A stretch of 64,000 nt of DNA from Propionibacteriaceae bacterium UBA6238 (lineage in GTDB: Bacteria; Actinomycetota; Actinomycetes; Propionibacteriales; Propionibacteriaceae). The notes below the pieces were generated by a model that made no database searches, had not been told where the DNA came from, and saw nothing but the letters and a program-made list of their open reading frames with translations. A program made the position numbers and the translations under genes. Location: assembly GCA_002441465.1 (NCBI GenBank), contig DJWE01000011.1, forward strand, positions 3,211 through 67,210, read 5' to 3'. Shown here piece after piece: positions 35,639 through 46,161 of this stretch. Position 1 is the stretch's first letter, and the number at the start of each line of letters is the position of its first letter.

Positions 35639-35938
35639 TCCGCCTCCCCCAGCTCTGTCGCCATCGGTGTACTGCGCGGCGTGACTCGATCAGCGCACAG
35701 CGTGTCCAACCTTCGCTCAAGCATGCCCTTTGGCAGCTGCGTCGCGCGCCACGCTGCGCGGCGCGTCCTCCCGAGTTGACCTTCCGACGGCATTCGTGGG
35801 CCCCACTGCGATGCCCGGAGGGACCTGCAGAGGACAACTGGTCGGAACCGCGGGGGTCATCGCGGACGGGTCGTACCAGACGCTGTTGGGAAAGGGGGGA
35901 CAGGGGGGACGCAGCTGTGGCTAGGGGTTGCGTGCCCA

Positions 35939-35966
35939 TTATCCACAGGCTGGCGGGCCATCCACA
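35939..35966 (+). promoter_or_regulatory. Pair of DnaA-box-like 9-mers
   Basis: TTATCCACA (35939) and CCATCCACA (35958), 19-bp period. Confidence 0.45.
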
Positions 35967-36040
35967 GAAGAAGGGTGACGTTTGCGGCCACACCCTCGTG
36001 CTGGCCTTTCTGGTCTCGACAGACCGGGAAGGAGCCGGAC

Positions 36041-36826
36041 ATGGCCAGTGGAATTGGACGAGCACTCGGCATCTCCGAGGGGAGCATCACCGAGCTGATC
36101 AATGCGAATTGGGATCGCTGGACGTTGGCGGTGCCGGCCCTCACGAGCGTCCCTGATGCCGAGTCGCTGGAGACATGGCTGAGGGAGATGCCCCGCCCGA
36201 TGGCGGACGCTGTGCTCTGCGGGCTGGCGGAGCTGGCCGCAGAGACTGGCCGCGATGACCGTGACGCCGCGCTCGTCTTGGCGTGGGTGCTGCACCCGGG
36301 GGCGGACGCGCTGAGCATCCGGCTGCGCGACCTGGGCCACGACGTCGTACAGCATGTTGCGGCGTTTCTATGGATCGAGATCCGAACCTTCTCGTGGCGG
36401 ACCAAGTCGCACGTCGCTGCGAACATCCTGCTGCGGGTTCGGCAGCGGGTGCTGATCGAGTACGGCGCTACCAGCCAGCTGGAGAATCACGACCGTGCGC
36501 TGGCGCGCACGGCCACGATTCCGCCTCAGTTGCTGCAAGACCTCGGCTCGGGGGTCGTTGTGGACGCGCCTCGTGAACAGCTGGAGGACGTTCTGGCCTG
36601 GGCGTGTGAGCAGTGGGTGATCTCGAACCGGGAGCGCCGGCTGCTGTTGGCGCTGGTTGATGCGGCCGGTGCTCATCCCGTCCGTGAGCGTGCGAGCACC
36701 GCGTTGTTGAGCCGGCTGGGCACCGAGATGGTCGGCCGGTCCTGGGGCATGAGTGCCCGCGAGGTCCGTCGGTCGGCGAAGGCGTCGATCGAGGCGCTCG
36801 CCGCAGCTCTGGGGCATGCGGCGTGA
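36041..36826 (+). CDS. Hypothetical ICE protein, possibly sigma-factor-like regulator
   Basis: ATG 36041 with GAAGGAG upstream; all-helical with a C-terminal HTH-like segment (GRSWGMSAREVRR). Confidence 0.55.
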   Translation: MASGIGRALGISEGSITELINANWDRWTLAVPALTSVPDAESLETWLREMPRPMADAVLCGLAELAAETGRDDRDAALVLAWVLHPGADALSIRLRDLGHDVVQHVAAFLWIEIRTFSWRTKSHVAANILLRVRQRVLIEYGATSQLENHDRALARTATIPPQLLQDLGSGVVVDAPREQLEDVLAWACEQWVISNRERRLLLALVDAAGAHPVRERASTALLSRLGTEMVGRSWGMSAREVRRSAKASIEALAAALGHAA

Positions 36827-36888
36827 ACGTCCGTGGCCACGCAAGGCCCCGTCATCTGCCTGTCTGTGGTGACAGGAAAGGGCAGGCC

Positions 36889-37086
36889 ATGACCGGAGAC
36901 CCGTTTGATGTGGATCGGCTGTTCGCGACGGTCTCGGACGAATCGCACGCGATCGAGTCGCTCGGTGAGGTGCTAGCCCGGCTGCAGGCCGTCCTCCAAG
37001 CGAAGCGACGCCTGCAGCAACTCGACCCGCCGACCCTGCGAGCCGCGATCGCGCTCCGGCACGCACGCCTGGAGCGTGACAAGTGA
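36889..37086 (+). CDS. Small hypothetical protein
   Basis: ATG 36889 after AGGAAAGGG; stop overlaps the next GTG start. Confidence 0.45.
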   Translation: MTGDPFDVDRLFATVSDESHAIESLGEVLARLQAVLQAKRRLQQLDPPTLRAAIALRHARLERDK

Positions 37087-37856
37087 CCGCCGGACTCGCA
37101 TCGCTCGATGATCTGCGCCGCGCCTACCGGGCCACGCAGACCATCGACCTGGGCCCGGAGCCTGCTTCGACGATCGGATCACCGCCCAGGTGGACGCCGG
37201 CAGTCGGGGAGCGGGTGCTGCTGGTCTGCGGGTGCGGTGGAGCGTCGGGTGCCACGACGATCGCGCTGGCGTTGGCGACCGCATCCGGCCGGGCGCGTGT
37301 CGTGGAGACCTGTGGCGCGACTGAATCCGGTCTCGGGTACGCGGCTGCCGCCGAGCTGGGCGTTGCCAACCGGGGTTGGTTGCGGGGCAGCCGGGAGTCG
37401 GTGGTCGTGGAGCGCCGGGCCGACTCGCTGGGCGCGCCCGACCGTGTGCCGAGCCCAACTGATTCCGACGTGCCGCTCACCGTGGTCGACTCGTCCTGGG
37501 ACCTTGGCGGAGTGCTCGCCTCGCCGGGCTGGCTCGGCCAGTTGGCTCGGGAGGCCTCGCCGGTCGTGCTCGTGGCGCGGGCGACCGTCCCGGGACTTCG
37601 CCGACTGGCGTCCGCCGTCGAGCTGGTCGGCGAACCGCGGACAATCGCGGTGACGGTCGGTCCGAAGCGATGGCCGCGTCCGGTCGAGCAGTCAGCCACG
37701 CCGGCCGTCCGCAGCCTGCGCGAAGCCGGACGCGTTGTCACCGTCCCCGAACTCGCGTCCCTCGCGCTCTCTGGGCTCACCCCCGACGCCCTACCGCAGG
37801 CCATCCTCCGGCCGGCCCGCACTCTGCTGAATCTCCTGGAAGGACGCTTGCCGTGA
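37083..37856 (+). CDS. Degenerate MinD/ParA-like ICE protein
   Basis: GCGGASGATTIALALA, VVDSSW, VARATVPGL. Confidence 0.55.
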   Translation: MTAGLASLDDLRRAYRATQTIDLGPEPASTIGSPPRWTPAVGERVLLVCGCGGASGATTIALALATASGRARVVETCGATESGLGYAAAAELGVANRGWLRGSRESVVVERRADSLGAPDRVPSPTDSDVPLTVVDSSWDLGGVLASPGWLGQLAREASPVVLVARATVPGLRRLASAVELVGEPRTIAVTVGPKRWPRPVEQSATPAVRSLREAGRVVTVPELASLALSGLTPDALPQAILRPARTLLNLLEGRLP

Positions 37857-38146
37857 ACGGCTCGATCAGTCTCGTCATCCCGCTGGAGGTGTGCCCAGTC
37901 GCACCTCCCGGTGCCCAGCAGTACGCCGATCAGATCACCGGCTACGTCCTGTGGGGAGTCGGAATCCTGTTTCTCGTCGGCGTGATCATCGCGATCGGCG
38001 CAATCATCGCCGGCCGCATCTTCTCGATGCCGCACGCATCCAAGGCCGGCGTGGTCTCGATCTTCGTCGCGATGCTGGCCGGGATCGCCTACATGGTGGT
38101 GCCCAGCATCGTGGCCAGCATCCTCGGGACCGGGTGCGTCGGATGA
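37853..38146 (+). CDS. Small two-TM conjugation protein (VirB2/TrbC-like position)
   Basis: GTG 37853 overlaps the upstream stop; PVAPPG followed by two hydrophobic helices. Confidence 0.6.
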   Translation: MNGSISLVIPLEVCPVAPPGAQQYADQITGYVLWGVGILFLVGVIIAIGAIIAGRIFSMPHASKAGVVSIFVAMLAGIAYMVVPSIVASILGTGCVG

Positions 38147-38934
38147 GCACGCGCAACGCAGTCTGGAGCCGGCAACGGCTGGCCTTGGTGCTCGGCATCG
38201 GCGCAGTGGTGGCCATCACGATGATCGCCGGGCTAGGCATCGCCCTTGTCCAGGCCTTCACCGCCATCAAGGACGTCCCGGAAATCCCCGCCCAGGCCAA
38301 CTCCGCAGTCATCGATCGGCGCGACCAGATCGCCGCCGAACCGATGGCCACCGTCCCCCAGGACGCAGGGTTCACCCCTGATCCGGCGCTCACCCCTGCA
38401 GCACTCATCGAGATCCCCGTCACTCTGAATGGACGCGGGCCGACGGGGGTCCCGACCGGCTTCCCCCAGACCCCGGAGGGCGCCGTGGCGCAACTGGCCG
38501 CCATCGAGCAGACGGTCCTGGAGTCGATGAGCCTCCCGGTCACCCACGAGGTACATGGCGCCTGGACGCTCCCGGGCGCGCCCAGCTACGACGAGTGGGA
38601 GATGACCGCCAACGTCCAGGCCTTCCTCCGTTCTGGACACCAGGGCGGACAGTCCAAGGACTCCACCACGGTCGTGACGGCCACCCCCGCGATGGCGATG
38701 GTGAAGGGCACGGACGGCCCGGACTGGGTGGTGGCCTGCGTGCTGCTCGACATCCAGGTCTCCATCCGCACCGAGGCGCGCATGGGCTACGGCCACTGCT
38801 CACGCATGCAGTGGGCGGAGGCACGCTGGCAGATCGCCCCCGGCGTCGCCCCTGCCAAGGCTCCCTCGGCGTGGCCGGGGTCGGTCGCCGCTGTGGACGC
38901 GGGCTGGCTCACCTGGCAGGAGGTCGGCTCGTGA
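38143..38934 (+). CDS. Bitopic conjugation protein (VirB8/TcpC-like position)
   Basis: ATG 38143; single TM helix, GVPTGFPQTPEGAVA, C-terminal MQW...WQI. Confidence 0.6.
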   Translation: MSTRNAVWSRQRLALVLGIGAVVAITMIAGLGIALVQAFTAIKDVPEIPAQANSAVIDRRDQIAAEPMATVPQDAGFTPDPALTPAALIEIPVTLNGRGPTGVPTGFPQTPEGAVAQLAAIEQTVLESMSLPVTHEVHGAWTLPGAPSYDEWEMTANVQAFLRSGHQGGQSKDSTTVVTATPAMAMVKGTDGPDWVVACVLLDIQVSIRTEARMGYGHCSRMQWAEARWQIAPGVAPAKAPSAWPGSVAAVDAGWLTWQEVGS

Positions 38935-40337
38935 TCCCCAACCCCTTCGACATCATCGGCTCCCAGGCAGGACGGATCGTCACCGACGGTTGGATCGCCA
39001 TGTGGTTGTCGGTGTGGAACGGCGGCCAGTGGCTGCTGCGCCTGATCCTTGGCTGGATGGACGCCTGGCTCACGCCCGACCTCTCCGCGTCCGGCCCCGC
39101 CCGGACGATCTACCCGGCCACATTCTGGCTCGCCGGTGCGGTGCTGTTGGTGATGGCCGTCGTCCAGATCGGCATCGCGGCCGGACGACGCGACGGACGC
39201 GGCATGGCACGGTCGCTGATCGGCGTGGCCCAGTTTGCGATCATCTGGGGCGGCTGGATCGGCTACAGCGTCGCGATCGTGACCGCCGCGGGCGGGCTGA
39301 CCCATGCTGCCATGGAGTCGCTGATGGGCGTGACCAGCTGGAAGTCCTGGCAACCGTGGAAGCCGTTCGACCCGGCCGAGATCGCCGACGCCGGGGTCGC
39401 CACGGTGCTGGGTCTGATGGGCCTGCTGCTGTGGATCGCCGCCATCGGGCACCTGCTCGTGATCTTGACCCGCGACGCCGCCTTGATGGTGATCGTCGCG
39501 ACCACTCCGATCGCGGCCGCCGGCCTGGCGAACGAGACCACCCGGGCCTGGTTCTGGAAGGCCTTCCGCTGGTTCCATGCCGCCGCGTTCACCCCCCTGC
39601 TGGTCGTCCTGGTCACCGGGGTCGGCATGAAGATGGCCGAGGGCGTCGCGACGGACGGTGCCACCACCTCCGTCCAGGGCTCCATCGGTACCGCGGTGCC
39701 GGCGATCGTGCTGATCTGCATCGCCGTGGTCTGCCCGGTCGCTCTGTTCAAGATGCTGGCTTTCGTCGATCCGGGAACCTCCTCGGGCGCAGCCATGCGG
39801 GCCGGGTTGACCGCCAGCGGCGGCATCGGCGGGCTCCTGGCCGGCCGCACGTCGGACGCCTCCAACGACAGCGCTTCGAAGGCGTCGAGCCAAGGCCGCT
39901 CGGCCGGCGAGGACTCCGCCGATGCAGCCACGACCACCCGGGCCTCCTCGGCGATCCAGGGCGCCATGGCAGTCCTTGGCCCGGCCGGCAAGGCCATGGC
40001 CGCCGGCCTCGGCGCGCTGACCACCGTCGGCGCCTACGCCACCACCGTCACCTCCGACCTGGCCAACCAGGAAGGGGTCGGGAACAACTCCTACTACCCC
40101 GACTACACCGACCGATCCCGCCGCGACGCCACCCGGGCCAACCGCGAACAGCAAGGACGATCCGGTGACAACAACGACACCACCGAACCCGACAGGCCGC
40201 CGACCCCACCACCACCAGCACCGCCCTCCGGCGGACCGGCCCCGGCTCCCGCGTCCGGCCTGTCGGCCTCGGGCGGCTCAAGCGGAGCAGCTGCAGCGGG
40301 CTCGTCGGATGCCGCCGTAGCCGCGGCCGCGATTTAG
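38931..40337 (+). CDS. Polytopic VirB6/TrbL-like conjugation protein
   Basis: GTG 38931; multiple TM helices, ATTPIAAAG, low-complexity Gly/Ser/Pro tail. Confidence 0.75.
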   Translation: MIPNPFDIIGSQAGRIVTDGWIAMWLSVWNGGQWLLRLILGWMDAWLTPDLSASGPARTIYPATFWLAGAVLLVMAVVQIGIAAGRRDGRGMARSLIGVAQFAIIWGGWIGYSVAIVTAAGGLTHAAMESLMGVTSWKSWQPWKPFDPAEIADAGVATVLGLMGLLLWIAAIGHLLVILTRDAALMVIVATTPIAAAGLANETTRAWFWKAFRWFHAAAFTPLLVVLVTGVGMKMAEGVATDGATTSVQGSIGTAVPAIVLICIAVVCPVALFKMLAFVDPGTSSGAAMRAGLTASGGIGGLLAGRTSDASNDSASKASSQGRSAGEDSADAATTTRASSAIQGAMAVLGPAGKAMAAGLGALTTVGAYATTVTSDLANQEGVGNNSYYPDYTDRSRRDATRANREQQGRSGDNNDTTEPDRPPTPPPPAPPSGGPAPAPASGLSASGGSSGAAAAGSSDAAVAAAAI

Positions 40338-40349
40338 GGAGGAACCGTC

Positions 40350-41861
40350 ATGGCGACCGTGTATGGCGACTACAGCCGCGACCGGATCGGCTGGTTCTTC
40401 GGTCTTTCCGGTATGCAGCTCACAATCCTGAGTGTCGGCCTGTTCCCCGTCCTCTGGGCGTTCAACGCCCGGCAGTGGGGGCTGCTGCTGGGCCTGACGG
40501 CCGGCTGGGGGCTGCTGTTCATCCTGGTGGTCGTTCCGGTTCGGGGCCGGTCGGCGACCGGCTGGCTGGCCGCGTCCATCGCCCACGCCGTAGGGCTGGT
40601 GTTCCGGTGGACGCCATGGCGGTCCCGCGCCTCCCGTGGCCAGGCCGACGACCTCGGCGTGCCGGACCTGCCCGGCGTGCTGCACGGCATCCGCGTCCAC
40701 GACGGCCCGCCCCAAGGTGCAGCGATGTCGCGGGTTGCGGTCGTCCAGGACAAGGCCAACCGGGTGTGGGCGGTGACCGCGGCGGTAACTCACCCCGGGC
40801 TTGCGTTGGCCGATGCCGAGGAGCGCACCCGGCAGGGTCGCGGGCTCACCGACCTGCTGAACGCCTGCGCCCGCACCGAGCTGATCTCGGAGGTGATCTT
40901 CGTGGTCCGCAGCGTCCCCGACGACGGGGCCGAGCGCGATCAGTGGCTCGTTCGGCACCTCCGTCCGGATGCGCCGGTGCTGGCCCGGGCGGTGAACGAG
41001 CAGCTGGCCCAGGTGCTGTCCCAGGCTGCGGTGCGGACCGAGGCCTTCGTCACGATCGTTGCGCCCGAGGCCCGGCTGGCGAAGGAGGCCAAGGAGTTCG
41101 GCCGAGGCATCGAAGCCCGCGCCAGAGCCATGCTCATGCTTGCCGGCGAGGTCGAGACCCACCTCCGGGCCGGCATGCGGATCTCCGAGGTCGAATGGCT
41201 CACCTCGCCCAAGCTCGCGGTCGCGGTCCGGACGGGATTCGCCCCCGGCGACCGGGCCGGCATCATCGCCGCGCTCGCCGCCCGCGACGCCGACCCCGGT
41301 GTGAACGCGGACGTGCCCTGGGCGCAGGCCGGACCGTCCGGTGCGGACGCGGTCGTGCGGCACTACTCCCACGACGCGTGGAACTCGATCTCGGCCACCG
41401 TGAAACTGCCCGCCCGTGGCGCGGTGATCGGGGCGCTCGCCCCGGTGCTGGTGCCCACCGAGCCGGGCGAGCGGCGCGCGCTGATGGTCGCGTTCCCGAT
41501 CCTCGCCGCCACGGCCGCGGACCGCCAGACGGCGAACTCCGAGTGGGCCGCGGACATGGGCGAGACCCTGCGGGCGAAGGCCGGGGTGAAGACCCGGGCC
41601 CGCGAGCAGCAGGCGGTCGCCCGCACCCGCGGGCTGGACTCCAAGCTCGCGTCCGGCCACGCCCTCGTCCGCCCCTACGCCGTCGCTACCGTCACGGTGC
41701 CCAAGACCGCCCGCATCGCCGAATACGGACGCCGGCTCGACGCCGCCGTCCGTCGGGCCGGGTTCGCACCTTTGCGGCTCGACCTCGCCCAGGACGCCGG
41801 CTTCGCCGCTTCCACCATCCCCCTGGGGCTCTCGCTCACCCGCAAGGTCGAAGGGGCCTGA
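40350..41861 (+). CDS. SCO6880/PrgI-like (VirB3-like) conjugation protein
   Basis: N-terminal GWFFGLS and TMs, C-terminal QDAGFAASTIPLG; precedes the VirB4-like gene. Confidence 0.75.
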   Translation: MATVYGDYSRDRIGWFFGLSGMQLTILSVGLFPVLWAFNARQWGLLLGLTAGWGLLFILVVVPVRGRSATGWLAASIAHAVGLVFRWTPWRSRASRGQADDLGVPDLPGVLHGIRVHDGPPQGAAMSRVAVVQDKANRVWAVTAAVTHPGLALADAEERTRQGRGLTDLLNACARTELISEVIFVVRSVPDDGAERDQWLVRHLRPDAPVLARAVNEQLAQVLSQAAVRTEAFVTIVAPEARLAKEAKEFGRGIEARARAMLMLAGEVETHLRAGMRISEVEWLTSPKLAVAVRTGFAPGDRAGIIAALAARDADPGVNADVPWAQAGPSGADAVVRHYSHDAWNSISATVKLPARGAVIGALAPVLVPTEPGERRALMVAFPILAATAADRQTANSEWAADMGETLRAKAGVKTRAREQQAVARTRGLDSKLASGHALVRPYAVATVTVPKTARIAEYGRRLDAAVRRAGFAPLRLDLAQDAGFAASTIPLGLSLTRKVEGA

Positions 41862-41863
41862 CC

Positions 41864-43456
41864 ATGGCTACCCGATCGGACGGGAGAACGGGCCAGTTGG
41901 CCGTGAGAACTGACCGTTCGGCCATTGACGCCGGCCGACGGTCAAGGAAGACCGCCCGGATGGGCAGGGGAGTGGACCGGCTGCTCGCCGACTTCGGTCA
42001 CGAGCTGCCTTCCATCCCCCAACCGCCGGCCAAGGAACGCGACCCGCGCCTGTTCGCGCCGATGTCCCGCCGCGGGGAACGCCGCCCGCTCCGGGGGTGG
42101 TCGCCGGCGTCGGCACCGGTGTCGGTGTGGCGGATGGCCGCCGACCAGGCACCGGTGTTGTGGCCGCTCGTGTCCGCGCCGGGCCTGCCGCCGCGCGGCG
42201 CCCAGATGGGCATCGACCACTTCTCCGGCGCGTCGATGTACGCCGACCCGAACGGCTGGGTGCTCGACCCCGCCATCCCGGTGTCCAACCCGAACATCTT
42301 CATGTTCGGCAAGCCCGGCCAGGGCAAGTCGGCAACGGTCAAGGCGTTCTGCCTGCGGATGATGGGGTTCGGCTATCGGACCTTGGTCGTCGGAGACCCC
42401 AAGGACGAGTACGAACCCCTGTGCCGCGCCCTCGGCGTCGCCCCGATCGCGATCGGCCAAGGTCTGGACGCTCGCATCAACCCGCTCGCCTTCGGACCCC
42501 TCGGTGCGAACTGGGACCGGCTCGGCCGCGACGAAGCCCAACGCCGGGCCGGGATCGTGTTCTCCCGCTGGCTAACCCTGATCCGCGGACTGGTCGGCTC
42601 ACAGAAGGTCGGCGACCGTCCCGTCCCGTTCGGGCCCAGCGAGGAGAAGGTCGTCGACACCGCACTCAAAGCCCTCACCGGGCATGCCGCCGGCAACAGC
42701 GTCCTGACCGAAACCACCATCCCGCACCTGTGGCGCGCGCTCGACGAACCCACCGCCGAGCTGATCGAGGCATGCCACTACGCCTCGCGGCAGCACTTCC
42801 TGGACGAGACCAGGCTGCTCCGCGACGCGCTCGGCATCCTCGTCCACGGTACCCTCCGCGGTCTGTTCGACGACTACACGACGATCGACCTCGACTGGGC
42901 GGCGCCCATCCAGTCACTGTCGCTGTCCCGGCTCGAAGGACTCGGCGACGAAGCCGTCGGCATGGCGCTGTTGTGCCTGAACAGCTGGGGACGGGCCATG
43001 CGCGAGACCGCCGAACCCGGCGACATGCGAATCGTGGTCCGCGACGAATCGTGGAAGCAGCTCCGCCTCGGGCTGGAGGCGGTCAAGTCGTTCGACGCCG
43101 ACCTGCGGCTGTCCCGGCGGGACGGCGACATCCAGTTCGCGATCGCCCACAAGCCGTCCGACCTGCTCACTGCCGGCGACGCCGGCTCGCAGGCCTCGGC
43201 GATCGCCAAGGACATGCTGCACCTGGCCGACACCAAGATCCTGCTAGGCCAGGACCAGGCCGTCGCCGACGAACTGGAACATCTGCTCGGCCTTGGCCCG
43301 ATCGCCACCGAAATCGTCACCGACTGGGCCCGCCAGGCACCCGGACGCGCCCTCTGGGTCGTAGGCGAACTGATGGCGAAAGTCGCGACTTGGCTCCACC
43401 CCGCTGAGGCTGCACTTGCCTGGACAAACGCCAAACTCGAAGGGGCTCTGCCGTGA
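41864..43456 (+). CDS. VirB4-like conjugative ATPase
   Basis: ATG 41864; NPNIFMFGKPGQGKS, GDPKDEY, INPL, VRDESW, RLSR. Confidence 0.85.
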   Translation: MATRSDGRTGQLAVRTDRSAIDAGRRSRKTARMGRGVDRLLADFGHELPSIPQPPAKERDPRLFAPMSRRGERRPLRGWSPASAPVSVWRMAADQAPVLWPLVSAPGLPPRGAQMGIDHFSGASMYADPNGWVLDPAIPVSNPNIFMFGKPGQGKSATVKAFCLRMMGFGYRTLVVGDPKDEYEPLCRALGVAPIAIGQGLDARINPLAFGPLGANWDRLGRDEAQRRAGIVFSRWLTLIRGLVGSQKVGDRPVPFGPSEEKVVDTALKALTGHAAGNSVLTETTIPHLWRALDEPTAELIEACHYASRQHFLDETRLLRDALGILVHGTLRGLFDDYTTIDLDWAAPIQSLSLSRLEGLGDEAVGMALLCLNSWGRAMRETAEPGDMRIVVRDESWKQLRLGLEAVKSFDADLRLSRRDGDIQFAIAHKPSDLLTAGDAGSQASAIAKDMLHLADTKILLGQDQAVADELEHLLGLGPIATEIVTDWARQAPGRALWVVGELMAKVATWLHPAEAALAWTNAKLEGALP

Positions 43457-44550
43457 AGCCCCTGGTGCTGGCCCTCGTCCCAGTGCTCGCCTTCCTGCTC
43501 GGCGTCCCGATCCTCGTCATCACGATGGGAGCGATCGTCGTCACCCCCGCGGTGGCCGAGCAGGTCCGCATCGACCCGTGCAGCGCCTACCCCGACCAGA
43601 CCAACACCGCCGCCGCCGGCGCCGAAGAGGGCGGCGTCGGGTTCAAACTCCCGAAGTGGAGCAGCCCCCGCCACCAGTCGCTGAGCAGCCCCGCCCAGAG
43701 CATCCCCGGCCGGATCAAGGCTCTCTACGTCGCGGCCGCGGAGCGCTACAGGATTCCCTGGGAACTGCTCGCCGGAATCGGCATGGCTGAAACCCGGCAC
43801 GGCCGCAACCACGCGACCTCGTCAGCAGGCGCCCAGGGACTCATGCAGTTCATGCCGCGCACCTTCGCCGCCTACGGCGTCGACGGCAACCGTGACGGCC
43901 GGCGCAACATCCACAACGACGCCGACAGCATCTACTCCGCAGGGAACTACCTCACCAAGTCCGGCGTCACCAACGGTCAGAAGGGCGTCATCCGGGCGCT
44001 CTGGGCGTACAACCACTCGGTCAGCTACCGCAACGACGTCCTGTACTACGCGTGGGCCTACGCCGGAGGCGGGGACGTCGTCGTGGTCGGCGAGCAGGAG
44101 GACTGCGGCGATTGGGCCGGCGACGGAGACCCCACCCTTCCTCCGCTGACGTCCGAGCGGGTCGCGGCCATGTTCGCCTGGGCACGCCAGCAACGCGGCG
44201 AGCCGTACGTGTTCGGCGCCAACGGACCGGGCAGCTGGGACTGCTCCAGCTTCATTCGCGGCATGTTCAGATCCATCGGCATCGGGCTGCCCCGGACGTC
44301 GGAATCCCAGCGGCAATGGGCCCGCAAGAACGGCTACCGCGTCAAACCCTCCGATGCCCGTCCCGGTGACCTCGTGTTCACCAACACCTGGCGCGGACCC
44401 AACCGGGTCGGGCACGTCATGGTCGTCTACGACCCCGCCAGCCACCGCAGCATCGAAGCCCGCGGACGGGGCGTCGGCATCTACCACTACACCGACTTCG
44501 CCAACCACAACATCTACGAGGTCTGGCGCGTCGGCAACCTCAGTGACTGA
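43453..44550 (+). CDS. Lytic transglycosylase plus NlpC/P60 peptidoglycan hydrolase
   Basis: AGIGMAET, GAQGLMQFMP, AYNH (SLT); PYVFG, DCSS, PGDLVF, HV (NlpC/P60). Confidence 0.9.
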   Translation: MKPLVLALVPVLAFLLGVPILVITMGAIVVTPAVAEQVRIDPCSAYPDQTNTAAAGAEEGGVGFKLPKWSSPRHQSLSSPAQSIPGRIKALYVAAAERYRIPWELLAGIGMAETRHGRNHATSSAGAQGLMQFMPRTFAAYGVDGNRDGRRNIHNDADSIYSAGNYLTKSGVTNGQKGVIRALWAYNHSVSYRNDVLYYAWAYAGGGDVVVVGEQEDCGDWAGDGDPTLPPLTSERVAAMFAWARQQRGEPYVFGANGPGSWDCSSFIRGMFRSIGIGLPRTSESQRQWARKNGYRVKPSDARPGDLVFTNTWRGPNRVGHVMVVYDPASHRSIEARGRGVGIYHYTDFANHNIYEVWRVGNLSD

Positions 44551-44562
44551 CCGGAGAAGCCC

Positions 44563-45060
44563 ATGCAGACCGAACGACGACAGAACCCCTACCCGCTCAC
44601 CTGGGAGATCCCAGCCGCCATCTTCGTCACGGGCGCACTGCTCCTCGTGCTCGGTGTTCACCTCGGACGCGGGATCGCCAACTGGACCGCCGGGGCCGGC
44701 TGGCACTGGCCCAGTCCGGCCGGCCTTTTCAGTACCGTGCCCGCCGTCCTCGCCGGCGACGCCTCAATCGGACTCGCCTCCCCGATACCGGACGCCGCCG
44801 CGCCGAGCCAGGTGCTCGGCTGGGTGCTCGCTGTCGAGGCCATCATCCTGATCGGCGCGATCACCCTCACGCTGGTCGGGCTGCGCCGATGGGGTCCCGG
44901 ACGGCTCAAGGGCATGGCCACCGCCGCCGAGGCCGAAGCTGCGCTCGGGATCTCACGCCTGCGACGCGTCCGCGCCATCATCCGCCCGGACCTACACCCC
45001 GCGCATGCCCAGCCGCCGAGCACTTCCGTCCGAATCCACCAGGAGACCGATCATGACTGA
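44563..45060 (+). CDS. Membrane protein, detached N-terminal anchor of the type IV coupling protein
   Basis: Two TM helices followed by GMATAAEAEAALGISRLRRVRAIIRPDL. Confidence 0.6.
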   Translation: MQTERRQNPYPLTWEIPAAIFVTGALLLVLGVHLGRGIANWTAGAGWHWPSPAGLFSTVPAVLAGDASIGLASPIPDAAAPSQVLGWVLAVEAIILIGAITLTLVGLRRWGPGRLKGMATAAEAEAALGISRLRRVRAIIRPDLHPAHAQPPSTSVRIHQETDHD

Positions 45061-46150
45061 CACCCCTAATCCTCCGCGCGTGCGGATCACGAACCCCGAC
45101 GAGTTCGCGCAGATCGTCCCGTACCTGGTCGGCTTCACCCCCGAAGAATCCCTGGTGATCGCCGTCGTCGACCAAGGCGCCGTAGCAGTCACTGCGCGCG
45201 TCGACATCGCCGACGTCCAGCCTGCCGACCAGGCCGAGTTCCTGCTCGACCGCATGTGGGCCAGGTTCCCCGAGGGAGAGGCGTACATGCTCGCCTACAC
45301 CGCCGACCCGCAGGCCGGATGGAGTCTGCTGGAGCGCTGCGCCGACTACCTTCCAGCCGGCGCCGCCCAGCAGACGATGGTCGTCGACGGCGACACCTGG
45401 TACCTGTCCGACGGGACGAGCGGGGCCGCCGACCGCTTCGGGACCCTCGCCGCAGAGGCCAGCTTCTACGGCCTGCAACGCTTGCCCAGCCGATCGGAAC
45501 TGGTAGCCAGCTTCGCCAGCCCGGCTGATAGCCCCGAGCTGGCCACCCGGGTCGAGGCCGCCCTCGACCAGCTGCCCCAGCCAGGAGACGCCGACGGAGT
45601 CGTCGCACGCATGGGCGAACTGGTGCGACGCAGCCTGCCGCCGGACGGGGAGCGGTCGTCATCGGCCCGGGTGCAGGGGGACGACGCCGCGCAGCTGGCC
45701 GTCCTCGCGCAACACGGCAAGGCTCGCGAGGTGGCACTGCTGTCAATGACCCGCGACAACGCCCGCGAACACCTTGCTCTGTGGCGATCCGTGGTCAACA
45801 GCGTCCCGGAGTACGGCGCGGAGGCGCCGCTGTTCCTTGCCGGCATGGCGGCCTGGGTCGCCGGCGAGGGCGCCGCTGCGAGCGTCGCACTCGAACGAGC
45901 CGAGCAAGTCGGAGAAGGCAGGCTGTATCCACCCGCCCGGCTGCTGAGCGAGTTGATCGACCAGGTCGTGCCGCCCACCGCTTGGGAGGAACTGCGCGCC
46001 GACGGATTGGCGAACGCCGACCCACGCGTCCGCCGCGCCGTGACCGGTGCCCACAACCCAGCCGTGTGGGAATCCGTCCCGCAGCATCCGCTCCAGCACC
46101 CGCACCAGCCGCCTGACATCGCGCCGCCTGCGCCCCGCATCGCCATCTGA
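45053..46150 (+). CDS. DUF4192-family protein
   Basis: ATG 45053; IVPYLVGFTPEESLV, ARVD, AAWVAGEGAAASVAL. Confidence 0.8.
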   Translation: MTDTPNPPRVRITNPDEFAQIVPYLVGFTPEESLVIAVVDQGAVAVTARVDIADVQPADQAEFLLDRMWARFPEGEAYMLAYTADPQAGWSLLERCADYLPAGAAQQTMVVDGDTWYLSDGTSGAADRFGTLAAEASFYGLQRLPSRSELVASFASPADSPELATRVEAALDQLPQPGDADGVVARMGELVRRSLPPDGERSSSARVQGDDAAQLAVLAQHGKAREVALLSMTRDNAREHLALWRSVVNSVPEYGAEAPLFLAGMAAWVAGEGAAASVALERAEQVGEGRLYPPARLLSELIDQVVPPTAWEELRADGLANADPRVRRAVTGAHNPAVWESVPQHPLQHPHQPPDIAPPAPRIAI

Positions 46151-46161
46151 GGAGGGACGCC

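Noticed and set aside
35939..35966. Chromosomal oriC
   Set aside because: Only two boxes per site, no AT-rich unwinding element and no dnaA/dnaN.
40475..41863. N-terminal extension making VirB4 993 aa
   Set aside because: It is an Arg/Pro/Gly-rich shadow frame over the SCO6880-like gene; the real start is 41864. The same applies to 46605..47546 and 38595..38930.
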